DNA from: Actinomycetes bacterium
Lineage (GTDB): Bacteria; Actinomycetota; Actinomycetes; Nanopelagicales; Nanopelagicaceae
Direction: 5' to 3'
NCBI GenBank assembly: GCA_037133095.1
Contig: JBAXOT010000008.1
Coordinates: 1,360 to 65,359 of the forward strand
Length of the DNA stretch: 64,000 bases
Shown here one piece after another: positions 31,538 to 41,399 of this stretch (position 1 is the stretch's first letter; each line of letters begins with the position of its first letter). The position numbers and the translations under genes are program-made. Under the pieces are notes generated by a model. That model saw only the letters and a list, made by a program, of their open reading frames with translations, was not told where the DNA came from and ran no database searches.

Positions 31538-32218
31538 ATGCCTGCACCACAAGCCGTCGTCTATCTGGTTCGTCACGCACACTCCACTGCGAATGGTCGT
31601 GGCATTCTGGCTGGCCGAGTTCCCGGTGTCGCCCTTTCTGAACGCGGGCAGGCGGAGGCCGAATTGTTGGCCAAGAGGTTAGAGGCTCTCAGTCTGGACC
31701 TTGTCATCTCGAGCCCATTGCAGAGATGCATTGAGACGATCGCGCCATTTCGGCGATCCAGCAAGCGAACTATTTTTCGAAAAGATGCCCGGATTCAAGA
31801 GATGGATTACGGAACCTGGTCCGGAAAGAAGTTGAAATATCTCGCGACTTTGCGCCTATGGAACCAGATTCAAGCCCATCCTGCCTCGGTGAGGTTTCCC
31901 GAAGGTGAAAGTTTTCTTGAGATGTCCCTTCGCGCGAACTCTGCAGTGATGGATGCCAAGGCACAAGGAAAATCGATCGCGATCATCAGCCACGGCGACG
32001 TTATTAAATCAATAATCGCTCACCACGTGGGACTTACGGTCGATGATCTCCAGAAATTCATTGTCGATCCCGCATCAATTTCAACCATAATTCTGACAGA
32101 TCACGGTTCGCTGATTATGAGTCTCAATGACACCTCGCATTTGGCTTCAATGCGCTCGTCCACCGCGAAGAGAAGACCGAATCGGAATACGCTGGGCGGG
32201 GGAGCGGGAGCCAAATGA
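31538..32218 (+). CDS. histidine phosphatase family protein (MSMEG_4193-type putative phosphomutase)
   Basis: 226 aa with RHAHS catalytic motif and ISHGDV. First gene of the conserved actinobacterial trio next to mshC. Confidence 0.8.
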   Translation: MPAPQAVVYLVRHAHSTANGRGILAGRVPGVALSERGQAEAELLAKRLEALSLDLVISSPLQRCIETIAPFRRSSKRTIFRKDARIQEMDYGTWSGKKLKYLATLRLWNQIQAHPASVRFPEGESFLEMSLRANSAVMDAKAQGKSIAIISHGDVIKSIIAHHVGLTVDDLQKFIVDPASISTIILTDHGSLIMSLNDTSHLASMRSSTAKRRPNRNTLGGGAGAK

Positions 32219-32775
32219 GTCGTATTGAGTATCGTCATGATCGGGTAGAGCGCTTTGTAGTTGGAACGGTTGGCTTGCCAGGCGAGCGTTCCTTTTTCTT
32301 GCAGATTCAATCCTCCGATATCTCAAATTGCGTGGCGATCGAAAAAAGTCAGGTTGCTGCATTGTCGGAACGATTTCAGGAGTTGATACGAGAATTGAAA
32401 CGATCCCAACTTGCCAGTCTGGATGAACTAGGACTTCCGGGTTCGGTGGATGACCGAGAGTTGGAATTTCCGATTACTGAGGATTTCCAAGTAGGGCTCA
32501 TTGGGATTTCATGGGATGGTCAAACTCAACGAGTGGGAATAGAAATTCAGGCCTTTGTTGAGACGGAAACTGAAGGTCTCGACGAGTTAGAAGATTTAGT
32601 GGACACCGAAGAGCCGGATGCAATTCTGGCTTCCCTTCGGATTCATCAAGTCCGCGCATTCTGTAAGCAGGCAGACCGAGTAGTTGCTTCTGGCAGAGCG
32701 CCGTGTCCATTCTGCGGTTTGCCAGTAGATGCCATGGGCCATTTGTGTCCGCGATCGAATGGCTATCGGCGTTAA
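32215..32775 (+). CDS. DUF3090-family protein
   Basis: 186 aa with FVVGTVGLPGERSFFLQ and a C-terminal CPFCG...HLCPRSNGY motif. ATGA overlap with the upstream gene. Confidence 0.75.
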   Translation: MSRIEYRHDRVERFVVGTVGLPGERSFFLQIQSSDISNCVAIEKSQVAALSERFQELIRELKRSQLASLDELGLPGSVDDRELEFPITEDFQVGLIGISWDGQTQRVGIEIQAFVETETEGLDELEDLVDTEEPDAILASLRIHQVRAFCKQADRVVASGRAPCPFCGLPVDAMGHLCPRSNGYRR

Positions 32776-33477
32776 ATGGAAGCCCAAGATATTCTCGCGA
32801 TTGTCTCTGAAAATGATCTAGAGATCGAAGGTCGACTCGTAGATGCTTCAAATGCCACCTTGTTGGCGTCGGTCTCCGAGGGGGAAGATTCGCTCCGCGT
32901 TATCTATAAACCTATCGCTGGCGAACGACCACTCTGGGATTTTCCGGATGGCAATCTTGCTTCTCGAGAAGTGGCGGCTTATCGACTTTCCGCTCTATCG
33001 GGAATGGATGTGGTTCCATTGACCATACTTCGCGATGGACCCTTTGGCCCAGGTGCTGTGCAATTATGGATCGAGGTCGACCCGGAGGTGGATGTCATTG
33101 CGGCCGTCCAATTAGGGGACGAGAGACTGCGAATGATGGCGCTTTTCGATGCGGTTGTGAATAATACCGATCGAAAATTTGGGCATATCTTGTTCATGCC
33201 GACCGGAGAAGTTTTTGGCTGCGATCATGGCGTCACTTTCCACGAGGAAGACAAATTGCGAACGGTGCTGTGGAATTGGGCAGGGGATGCGTTTTCGGAA
33301 AGTGAATTTGCCATCCTTCGCCAGATCGAAAACCAGATTGTCTCTTGGAACTTGGAAGAATTGATTTCTTTCGCCGAGCTCGAAGCGACTAAAGGTCGGG
33401 TTCGCGAACTTTTACTGAAAGGCACTTTTCCAGTTCCTAACGATAATTGGCCGGCCGTACCATGGCCGCCGTACTAA
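32776..33477 (+). CDS. SCO1664-family protein (PI3/4-kinase-like fold)
   Basis: 233 aa with VIYKPIAGERPLWDFP and NNTDRKFGHIL (kinase-like catalytic loop). Confidence 0.75.
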   Translation: MEAQDILAIVSENDLEIEGRLVDASNATLLASVSEGEDSLRVIYKPIAGERPLWDFPDGNLASREVAAYRLSALSGMDVVPLTILRDGPFGPGAVQLWIEVDPEVDVIAAVQLGDERLRMMALFDAVVNNTDRKFGHILFMPTGEVFGCDHGVTFHEEDKLRTVLWNWAGDAFSESEFAILRQIENQIVSWNLEELISFAELEATKGRVRELLLKGTFPVPNDNWPAVPWPPY

Positions 33478-33495
33478 GCGAGAAAAGGTGAACCG

Positions 33496-34734
33496 GTGAA
33501 ATCTTGGCCTACGCAATTCTTACCGCCCATCGCGGGCAACTTTTCTCTGCCCGATTTGCGCTTGACTACCCATCAAGGTGAGAAGGTGTTTTCGCAAGAA
33601 AACCTTCGGATGTATGTCTGCGGCATCACGCCATATGACGCGACACATCTTGGTCACGCCGCCACCTACCTGACCTTTGACCTCATCAATCGTTACCTCC
33701 GAGCGCAAGGCAGAGATGTTGCCTTTGTCGAAAATATCACAGACATTGATGAACCTTTGCTGGAGCGAGCCATTCGAGATCAAATTGACTGGAAGGCTTT
33801 GGCGGCTAATCAAATCGCCTTGTTCGAATCAGATATGAGCGCGCTACGAGTCTTACCACCAGAGCATTTTGTACCAGCGACCCAAGTCATGGACCTAGTG
33901 TCTGAAGCAATTTCCACTATGGAACGGAATGGTTTTGTCTACCGTGTGGATGAGGATCTTTACTTTGATGTTTCAACTTTTTTAGATTCGTTGCCAATCG
34001 CCGTTGACGATGCGATCCAAATTTTTTTCGAGCGTGGGGGAGACCCAACTCGTCTCGGCAAACGCCATCCACTAGATGCAGTGCTCTGGATCGCCAACAA
34101 AGAGGGTGAACCCGGCTGGGCTTCGCCGCATGGATTCGGTCGACCTGGGTGGCATATTGAATGTTGCGTTATCTCACTTCGATATCTTTTAGGTCCTGGC
34201 TTCCTTGACCAAGGGGGCGACGGATTCCTGATCGATATTCAAGGCGGCGGGTCAGATTTGATTTTCCCTCATCACTTCATGAGCGCCGCTCAGGCGCAGG
34301 CGCTGACTGGGCGCCCATTCTCTTTCGCATTTGTTCATGCTGGGATGATAGGACTTGACGGAGAAAAGATGAGTAAGAGCAAAGGCAACCTGGTATTTGT
34401 CTCACGTTTACTCGCTGAAGGCGTTGATCCAATGGTCATTCGGTATGCCTTGATCAATTCTCACTACGCTGGTGATCGCATGTGGAGCAGCGAGATTTTG
34501 ACCTCCGCACAACATTCTATTGATCGACTTCGATCGGCACTCTCCCGTGAAGAAGTCGCTCCGACAACCCCGATAATTGAGGAGATTGTCACCAGTCAGG
34601 CTGCCAACTTAGACACCGCACATTCACTTCAAGCGCTGGAAAAATGGTGTCTGGAGACCGAATCTGGTTTGACGGGTGGCAGCGCCGGTGAACTCGCACG
34701 CGCTATTGATCTCCTACTTGGTTTAGCCCTTTAG
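33496..34734 (+). CDS. mshC: cysteine:1D-myo-inosityl-2-amino-2-deoxy-alpha-D-glucopyranoside ligase (mycothiol biosynthesis)
   Basis: 412 aa, class I aaRS-like (HLGHAATY, KMSKSKGN) but lacking a CysRS anticodon domain. Conserved neighbourhood. Confidence 0.88.
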   Translation: MKSWPTQFLPPIAGNFSLPDLRLTTHQGEKVFSQENLRMYVCGITPYDATHLGHAATYLTFDLINRYLRAQGRDVAFVENITDIDEPLLERAIRDQIDWKALAANQIALFESDMSALRVLPPEHFVPATQVMDLVSEAISTMERNGFVYRVDEDLYFDVSTFLDSLPIAVDDAIQIFFERGGDPTRLGKRHPLDAVLWIANKEGEPGWASPHGFGRPGWHIECCVISLRYLLGPGFLDQGGDGFLIDIQGGGSDLIFPHHFMSAAQAQALTGRPFSFAFVHAGMIGLDGEKMSKSKGNLVFVSRLLAEGVDPMVIRYALINSHYAGDRMWSSEILTSAQHSIDRLRSALSREEVAPTTPIIEEIVTSQAANLDTAHSLQALEKWCLETESGLTGGSAGELARAIDLLLGLAL

Positions 34735-34769
34735 GGGTCGGACTTGCATCTAGGGTAAAGTTTCGGTTA

Positions 34770-37700
34770 ATGAAAACGATGGGCTTACCGGATAGTTTGC
34801 TTCGCAAAGCCCTCGCGCAGCGGGTAGTTATTGCTGACGGCGCAATGGGAACTATGTTGCAGGCAGCCAATCCCAGTTTGGCCGACTTCCAAGGCCATGA
34901 AGGCTGTAACGAAATCCTCAATGTCAGTCGACCAGATATCGTCAAATCGGTGCATCGCCAGTACCTAACTGTTGGGGTAGATGCCATAGAAACTAATACC
35001 TTCGGGGCTAACTGGGCCAACTTGGCAGAATATGGAATCGAAGATCGAATATACGAACTGGCCTTCGCCGGTGCCCAACTCGCTCGACAGGTAGCCAACG
35101 AATTCTCTACCGACCAGAAACCACGTTTTGTTCTCGGCTCTCTTGGGCCAGGCACGAAACTGCCCACCCTAGGACATACTTCCTATGAGAAATTGCGGCG
35201 AGCATACTTGACTGCAAGTACTGGGCTTCTTGATGGTGGCAGTGACGCCTTGCTTGTAGAGACCACACAAGATTTATTGCAGGCAAAAGCAGCGGTAAAT
35301 GGCGCTCGTGAGGCAATTCGACTTTCGGATCGCGATGTCCTCCTGATTGCCCAGGTGACGGTCGAGACAACAGGGACCATGCTCCTTGGATCGGAAATCG
35401 GCGCGGCTCTCAATGCGCTGGAGCCTCTCGGGATTGATCTCATTGGGCTTAATTGCGCTACGGGACCTGCTGAAATGAGCGAACACCTTCGCTCTCTCCA
35501 CAAAAACGCCCGAGTTCAGATATCAGTAATGCCAAATGCTGGCCTGCCTGTGCTGACGAAAGATGGCGCCTCCTACCCACTTTCGCCGAATGAACTCGCA
35601 AACCACCTCAAAGAGTTTGTTAATAGTTATGGGGTGAATCTCGTCGGTGGTTGCTGCGGGACCACCCCTGCGCATCTCAAAGCAGTCGTTGAGTTACTCG
35701 ACCAAGCGCCGCTATTGCCTCGTGAGCCTGCGCACGAATCAGGTGCGTCCTCGCTCTATCAATTCGTGCCATTTGACCAAGATCTTACTTACTTGTCGAT
35801 TGGCGAGCGGACTAATGCCAACGGATCGCGCGCCTTCAGAGATGCGCTGATCTCGGAAGATTGGCAAAAGTGTGTGGACATTGCGCGCGACCAAATTCGT
35901 GATGGTGCGCACATGCTGGACCTATCGGTAGATTACGTGGGACGAGACGGTGCAAAAGATATGTCCGAACTGGCAAGTCGATTTGCGACTGCTTCGACCT
36001 TGCCGATCATGTTGGACTCAACCGAGCCGTCGGTTATAAAAGCCGGTTTGGAACATCTAGGCGGTCGATCCATTATTAACTCGGTCAATTACGAAGATGG
36101 AGATGGTCCCACCTCTCGGTTTGCTCGAATCATGCCTATGGTTCAAGAGCATGGTGCCGCCGTGGTTGCTCTAACAATTGATGAAGATGGTCAGGCTCGG
36201 ACCAGTGAGTGGAAGCTACGGATTGCGGAGCGGTTAATCGCTGATCTGACTGGAAATTGGGGCATGGATATTGAAGATATCCTCATAGACACTCTGACAT
36301 TTCCTATTGCCACAGGTCAGGAAGAAACAAGGCGCGATGGTTTGGAAACTATTTCAGCAATTGCAAAATTAAAGGCGAAATATCCTAAAGTCCACACCAC
36401 TTTAGGAGTTAGCAATGTCTCCTTTGGCTTAAATCCTGCGGCTCGGATAGTGCTCAATTCTGTCTTCTTATCTGAAGCAGTGAACGTCGGACTTGATTCG
36501 GCCATTGTGCATCCTTCCAAGATCACTCCGATGGCTCGCATTGATGAACAGCAACGAAAGGTCGCGCTAGACCTGATTTATGATCGACGAGAATTTGATG
36601 CTCAAGGTGAATGTACCTATGACCCACTCTCTCGATTTCTCGAACTTTTTGATGGCGTTGAAGCAACAAGCTCAAAAATTACTCGCGCCGCAGAATTAGC
36701 GGCCTTGCCATTAAATCAAAGGCTCGAGCGTCGAATTATTGACGGCGAAAAAGCAGGATTAGCCGACGATCTCGCGCTTGCGATGTCCGAAGGGGTCGCC
36801 CCACTTGCGATAATAAATGACTATTTACTCTCCGGCATGAAGACGGTGGGCGAACTATTCGGCAAAGGCGAGATGCAACTTCCTTTCGTACTTCAATCCG
36901 CGGAAGTCATGAAGGCAGCCGTTGCGATTCTCGAACCATTTATGGAGAAAACAGAGAACGAAGGTCGTGGCAGCATTCTTTTGGCAACTGTTAAGGGAGA
37001 CGTGCACGACATCGGAAAGAATCTGGTGGACATTATTCTTTCCAATAACGGATACACGACCGTCAACATCGGTATCAAGCAAACAGTCAATCAGATTATT
37101 GAGGCGGCCGAAGAATCCAGCGTCGATGTGATTGGCATGAGTGGCCTATTAGTGAAATCCACGGTCGTGATGCGTGAAAATCTGGAGGAGTTCACGTTAC
37201 GAGGATTAGATCAAAAATGGCCAGTTATCCTCGGAGGCGCCGCTCTGACGAGATCTTTCGTTGAACAAGATTTGGCAGGGAGTTTTCCCGGCACCGTGAG
37301 GTATGCAAAGGACGCGTTCGAAGGCCTCAGGTTGATGGATGCGATGATGGGCGTCAAACGTGGCGTAGTTGGTGCTCAATTGCCACCATTACGAGAACGT
37401 CGGACTCCTAATACCAGATCCACTACTGCACGGGAGATCGATCTAGTGCGCTCTGACGTAGTGGAAAATAATCGAGTTCCTACTCCACCCTTTTTTGGAT
37501 CGAAAGTGGTTAAAGGCATTGCCCTGAATGACTATTTGGGCATGCTCGACGAGCGCGCACTTTATGTTGGGCAGTGGGGTCTCAAAGGTCAACGTGGCGA
37601 GTATGACGTTATGGCCGAGAATGAAGGTCGGCCACGATTGCGAGCCATTCTCAACGAGGCACAGTCTCGTGGCTGGCTTAACGCAGCTCTCGTATACGGA

Positions 37701-38270
37701 TATTTCCCGTGCTATTCCGAAGGCAATGATCTCGTCATCTTGCACCATGAAGGTCCGGACGCTGGTAAGGAGAGAGTGCGATTCTCTTTTCCACGACAGT
37801 CCCGAGATCGACGATTATGTCTGGCAGATTTCTTTAGATCCAAAGCAAGTGGTGAGATCGACACAGTCGCATTCCACGTTGTCACAATGGGCAGTGCCGT
37901 AAGTCTCGCAAGTGCAGAACTCTTTGAAGCAAATGAATACCGACAATATCTCGAACTTCACGGACTCTCGGTTCAGTTAACAGAAGCACTTGCGGAGCAT
38001 TGGCATTCGAGAATCAGAAGTGAACTTGGATTTTCCGAAGAGGATGCCCAGCCATTAGATGCCCTGCTAGATCAGGGATATCGAGGCTCTCGCTATTCAT
38101 TCGGCTACCCAGCCTGTCCGGACATTGAACAGCAAGTTCAATTGTGCGAGTTGTTGGAGCCAAATCGTATAGGGGTAGAGCTCTCCGAAGAGTTTCAATT
38201 GCACCCAGAACAATCGACCTCGGCAATCATTGTGCACCATCCCGAAGCCAAGTACTTCAACGCAACATGA
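34770..38270 (+). CDS. metH: cobalamin-dependent methionine synthase
   Basis: 1166 aa with Hcy, pterin, B12-binding (DVHDIGKN) and AdoMet activation domains. Confidence 0.97.
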   Translation: MKTMGLPDSLLRKALAQRVVIADGAMGTMLQAANPSLADFQGHEGCNEILNVSRPDIVKSVHRQYLTVGVDAIETNTFGANWANLAEYGIEDRIYELAFAGAQLARQVANEFSTDQKPRFVLGSLGPGTKLPTLGHTSYEKLRRAYLTASTGLLDGGSDALLVETTQDLLQAKAAVNGAREAIRLSDRDVLLIAQVTVETTGTMLLGSEIGAALNALEPLGIDLIGLNCATGPAEMSEHLRSLHKNARVQISVMPNAGLPVLTKDGASYPLSPNELANHLKEFVNSYGVNLVGGCCGTTPAHLKAVVELLDQAPLLPREPAHESGASSLYQFVPFDQDLTYLSIGERTNANGSRAFRDALISEDWQKCVDIARDQIRDGAHMLDLSVDYVGRDGAKDMSELASRFATASTLPIMLDSTEPSVIKAGLEHLGGRSIINSVNYEDGDGPTSRFARIMPMVQEHGAAVVALTIDEDGQARTSEWKLRIAERLIADLTGNWGMDIEDILIDTLTFPIATGQEETRRDGLETISAIAKLKAKYPKVHTTLGVSNVSFGLNPAARIVLNSVFLSEAVNVGLDSAIVHPSKITPMARIDEQQRKVALDLIYDRREFDAQGECTYDPLSRFLELFDGVEATSSKITRAAELAALPLNQRLERRIIDGEKAGLADDLALAMSEGVAPLAIINDYLLSGMKTVGELFGKGEMQLPFVLQSAEVMKAAVAILEPFMEKTENEGRGSILLATVKGDVHDIGKNLVDIILSNNGYTTVNIGIKQTVNQIIEAAEESSVDVIGMSGLLVKSTVVMRENLEEFTLRGLDQKWPVILGGAALTRSFVEQDLAGSFPGTVRYAKDAFEGLRLMDAMMGVKRGVVGAQLPPLRERRTPNTRSTTAREIDLVRSDVVENNRVPTPPFFGSKVVKGIALNDYLGMLDERALYVGQWGLKGQRGEYDVMAENEGRPRLRAILNEAQSRGWLNAALVYGYFPCYSEGNDLVILHHEGPDAGKERVRFSFPRQSRDRRLCLADFFRSKASGEIDTVAFHVVTMGSAVSLASAELFEANEYRQYLELHGLSVQLTEALAEHWHSRIRSELGFSEEDAQPLDALLDQGYRGSRYSFGYPACPDIEQQVQLCELLEPNRIGVELSEEFQLHPEQSTSAIIVHHPEAKYFNAT

Positions 38271-38944
38271 TTCCGGCTGCAGTTCTCTTCGACATGGACG
38301 GAACATTGATTGATTCCGAGCCTTATTGGTTGATAGCCGAAACCGAATTGATGGCTGAGTTTGGCCACGTTTGGACTAAGTCTGACCAGGCGCACTGCCT
38401 CGGAGGACCACTAGATCGAGTTGGGCGTTATATGTCCGAACTCGCTAATGAGGTTCGAGAATGGCAATTCTTTACCAACTCCCTGGTAGAACGCGTGACA
38501 CATAAATTTCTGGATGGTCTGACTTTCGTGGCGGGCGCAAAAGAAATGCTGATCGAGATAAGTGAACTTGGTATACCGCTGGCACTTGTTTCAGCCAGTC
38601 CGCGGCCACTCGTTGATGCCGCATTGGCCGTTTCACCGCAAGGAATCTTTGACGCCTCCGTTTCCAACGGCGAAGTCACGCGAAGCAAGCCAGATCCGGA
38701 AGGCTATTTACTTGCAGCGACTCTTCTTGGGGTTAATATTGAGGATTGTCTTGTTCTGGAGGATTCGATTACTGGTGTTACCGCCGGGTTGGCCAGCGGC
38801 GCACACGTACTTGCCATTCCGCATCTAGTTACCATCGCCCCAAATCCACATTTACGAATTGTCCCTACTTTGCAAGGTCGTACTTTCGCCGGCGTCCTTG
38901 AACTTTTCAGCGATTCGGCAACATTCGGAAAGGTCTCGGCATGA
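38267..38944 (+). CDS. HAD-family hydrolase (beta-phosphoglucomutase-like)
   Basis: Track ORF is 38144..38944. The ATG at 38267 forms an ATGA overlap with the metH stop. DMDGTLIDSE motif. Confidence 0.85.
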   Translation: MIPAAVLFDMDGTLIDSEPYWLIAETELMAEFGHVWTKSDQAHCLGGPLDRVGRYMSELANEVREWQFFTNSLVERVTHKFLDGLTFVAGAKEMLIEISELGIPLALVSASPRPLVDAALAVSPQGIFDASVSNGEVTRSKPDPEGYLLAATLLGVNIEDCLVLEDSITGVTAGLASGAHVLAIPHLVTIAPNPHLRIVPTLQGRTFAGVLELFSDSATFGKVSA

Positions 38945-39801
38945 GTAATCAATCGCCTTTTTTCCAAGCAGGAGATCGGGTGCAACTTACCGATGCAAAA
39001 GGCAAAATGCATACCATCACCCTGCAGATCAACAATGAATGGCACACTCATAATGGTTGGTTAGTACACAACGATGTCATAGGACTACCTCAGGGCTCCG
39101 TCGTTGAAACAACAGGCGGCTTAAAATTTCTCGCTTTCAAACCTTTGCTTGCAGATTACGTCCTTGCGATGCCTCGTGGTGCCACTATCGTCTATCCAAA
39201 AGATGCAGCCTTGATTGTTGGAATTGCAGATGTGGCGCCTGGTCTGAAGGTTCTAGAGGCCGGAGTCGGATCAGGTGCACTGACCATTAGTTTGCTGCGC
39301 GCTGTCGGAAGCAATGGAATCGTGCATTCCTTTGAAAAACGCGAAGAGTTTGCTGACATCGCTCGGAAGAATGTCTCTCACTACTTCAATGGTCTCCCGG
39401 AGAATTGGCTACTACAAGTAGGCGCGGTTCAAGAGCACGAGCACCTGATCAAATACGACCGGGTGATTCTCGACATGTTGGCGCCTTGGGAATGTACTGA
39501 GATGGCAGGAGCGGTATTAGAACCTGGGGGAGTATTTATGGCATACGTGGCAACCACTACTCAACTCTCGTTAACTGCGGAAACCATCAAAAGCAGCGCG
39601 TTATTTACCGAACCTGAGAGCTCAGAATCACTTATCAGAGGCTGGCATCACGAAGGTCTCGCAGTGCGTCCGCAACATCGCATGATTGGACACACTGGCT
39701 TTCTCATTATGGCCCGTCGCTTGGCGCCTGGTGTTATAGCCCCAGCTCGTCGCCGCAGACCATCTAAAGGGTCTTACGGCACGAGCGAGGCAGAGGCCTA
39801 A
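38941..39801 (+). CDS. trmI: tRNA (adenine58-N1)-methyltransferase TrmI
   Basis: 286 aa. SAM motif VLEAGVGSGALT. Homologue of mycobacterial Rv2118c by architecture and position. Confidence 0.88.
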   Translation: MSNQSPFFQAGDRVQLTDAKGKMHTITLQINNEWHTHNGWLVHNDVIGLPQGSVVETTGGLKFLAFKPLLADYVLAMPRGATIVYPKDAALIVGIADVAPGLKVLEAGVGSGALTISLLRAVGSNGIVHSFEKREEFADIARKNVSHYFNGLPENWLLQVGAVQEHEHLIKYDRVILDMLAPWECTEMAGAVLEPGGVFMAYVATTTQLSLTAETIKSSALFTEPESSESLIRGWHHEGLAVRPQHRMIGHTGFLIMARRLAPGVIAPARRRRPSKGSYGTSEAEA

Positions 39802-39807
39802 ACAGAA

Positions 39808-40380
39808 CTACTTAATCGCGAGAACGTCGACCACAAAAATCAGTGTTTCATTGGCTGCGATTGGTCCGCTGCCCGAAGCGCCGTATCCCAGGGCAGGAGG
39901 AATAACGAGAAGTCTGCGGCCACCAACCTTCATGCCAGGTATCCCTTGCTGCCAGCCAGCGATAACGCCCGAAAGCGGAAAGGTGGCCGGGGCGCTGGTC
40001 CACGATGTCTCTACGACTTTGCCGGTTGACCAAGCCATCAGCGTGTATTGCACTGTCAGCGTTGAGCTCGCCGTAGCGGCTGCGCCAGTTCCAACGTAGA
40101 TATCTTTGGTAACCAGAGTCGCAGGCGCAGTTCCAGTGGGTGCGGAAATGGTGGGAGCGGATCCCGCTGCACCAGTAACGGTAGGTAGATCGGCTGTAGC
40201 GGAGGCTGGGGTTTCACTCATCGTTGGGCTCGCTTGCGTAGTAGGGGCGGTGGCACTGGGAGAACCAGTAGTAGAGCAAGAGGCAAGAGTTAGCACGGCA
40301 ATTCCCGCGCTAACAATGAGCGCGCCACGACGCCAAGAGCTAAAAATTGGATGAGACATAAAATCCTCTTTCTCTGACAT
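39808..40380 (-). CDS. FKBP-type peptidyl-prolyl isomerase lipoprotein
   Basis: 190 aa with lipobox LTLASC, a Thr/Pro/Ala-rich linker and a C-terminal FKBP domain (VIAGWQQGIPGMKVGGRRLLVIPPALGYG). The start may be M8 (40359). Confidence 0.88.
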   Translation of the reverse strand: MSEKEDFMSHPIFSSWRRGALIVSAGIAVLTLASCSTTGSPSATAPTTQASPTMSETPASATADLPTVTGAAGSAPTISAPTGTAPATLVTKDIYVGTGAAATASSTLTVQYTLMAWSTGKVVETSWTSAPATFPLSGVIAGWQQGIPGMKVGGRRLLVIPPALGYGASGSGPIAANETLIFVVDVLAIK

Positions 40381-40454
40381 TGTGCTTTTGGCTATTCACA
40401 TGAATTTTCGGAAATTAACAGGTCGTAACCCTATCAAAGCCCTATCGTTCTACC

Positions 40455-41399
40455 GTGGCTCTTGGAAAAACTGAACGTTTGCTGAATTTAACAATGGCGT
40501 TATTGGCGACCCGTAAGTATCTAACCAAGAGCGAAATCTTCCGTAACGTAGCCGGTTACATCGGCACTGATGACACCATGGAGCGAATGTTTGAACGAGA
40601 CAAGGATGATCTCCGCTCGATTGGAATTGAGATTGAAGTAGGTAGTCTGAGCGCCTACTTTGAAGATGAAAAGGGATATCGGATCCGGCCGGATGCATAC
40701 GGCTTAGATATTGGCGAAATCTCGCCTCGTGAATTGGCTTTACTGTCTATTGCCGCAGCATCCTGGCGGACTGCCTCGTTGTCGGAGAACGCATTGAGCG
40801 GTTTAAGGAAGTTGCGTTCGCTTGGGATACCAGTCGCGACCGAAGAGTTGGCCATCGGTCTCTCCTCGGTGGACAACCCCCAGCAATATTTTGACCTCAT
40901 TTGGGATGCCATTGATAGTCGACGAATTCTGGAATTTCACTATCCAAATTCGCTTGGATCTGAAGTTGGCCTCAGACGATTGCAGCCATACTCATTGATT
41001 TTGTGGCGAGGAAATTGGTATCTCATAGGCCACGATCTTGGACGCTCTGACGTTCGGACCTTCAAATTGATCCGTATTGTCGGAGAGGTCACAGCTATTG
41101 GTGCCACCAAGAGTTTTGACATTCCGAAGAATTTCTCGGCCGATAGTTACCTCCGGAATATGCCGTCCGAAAATTTGCACCTGGCCCAAGTTCTCATCAA
41201 GAAGGAGAAGTGTTTGGCGCTTCGTTCGCGCGGCGAAGTTTCATCACATGATGACGATTGGGATCTGCTCACTATTAAATTTCACCACATTTCTCCCTTT
41301 GCCCGGGAAATATTGTGGTTCGGCTCCGATGCCCGAGTCATATCTCCGACTGAGTTGGTCTCGGCTATTTCCCTTCAACTGGAAGAAATGTTGTTATGA
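40455..41399 (+). CDS. pafB: WYL-domain transcriptional regulator PafB
   Basis: 314 aa with an N-terminal wHTH (ERLLNLTMALLATRKYLTKSEI) and a WYL domain (GNWYLIGHD). Paired with pafC, upstream of tatAC. Confidence 0.88.
   Translation: MALGKTERLLNLTMALLATRKYLTKSEIFRNVAGYIGTDDTMERMFERDKDDLRSIGIEIEVGSLSAYFEDEKGYRIRPDAYGLDIGEISPRELALLSIAAASWRTASLSENALSGLRKLRSLGIPVATEELAIGLSSVDNPQQYFDLIWDAIDSRRILEFHYPNSLGSEVGLRRLQPYSLILWRGNWYLIGHDLGRSDVRTFKLIRIVGEVTAIGATKSFDIPKNFSADSYLRNMPSENLHLAQVLIKKEKCLALRSRGEVSSHDDDWDLLTIKFHHISPFAREILWFGSDARVISPTELVSAISLQLEEMLL

Noticed and set aside
40381-40454. Search for a hidden pup-like small ORF (ending in GGQ or GGE) between the FKBP gene and pafB, or elsewhere between trmI and pafB.
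   Set aside because: The spacer is 74 nt with no ORF, and no frame in 39802-40454 ends in a Pup-like C-terminus.
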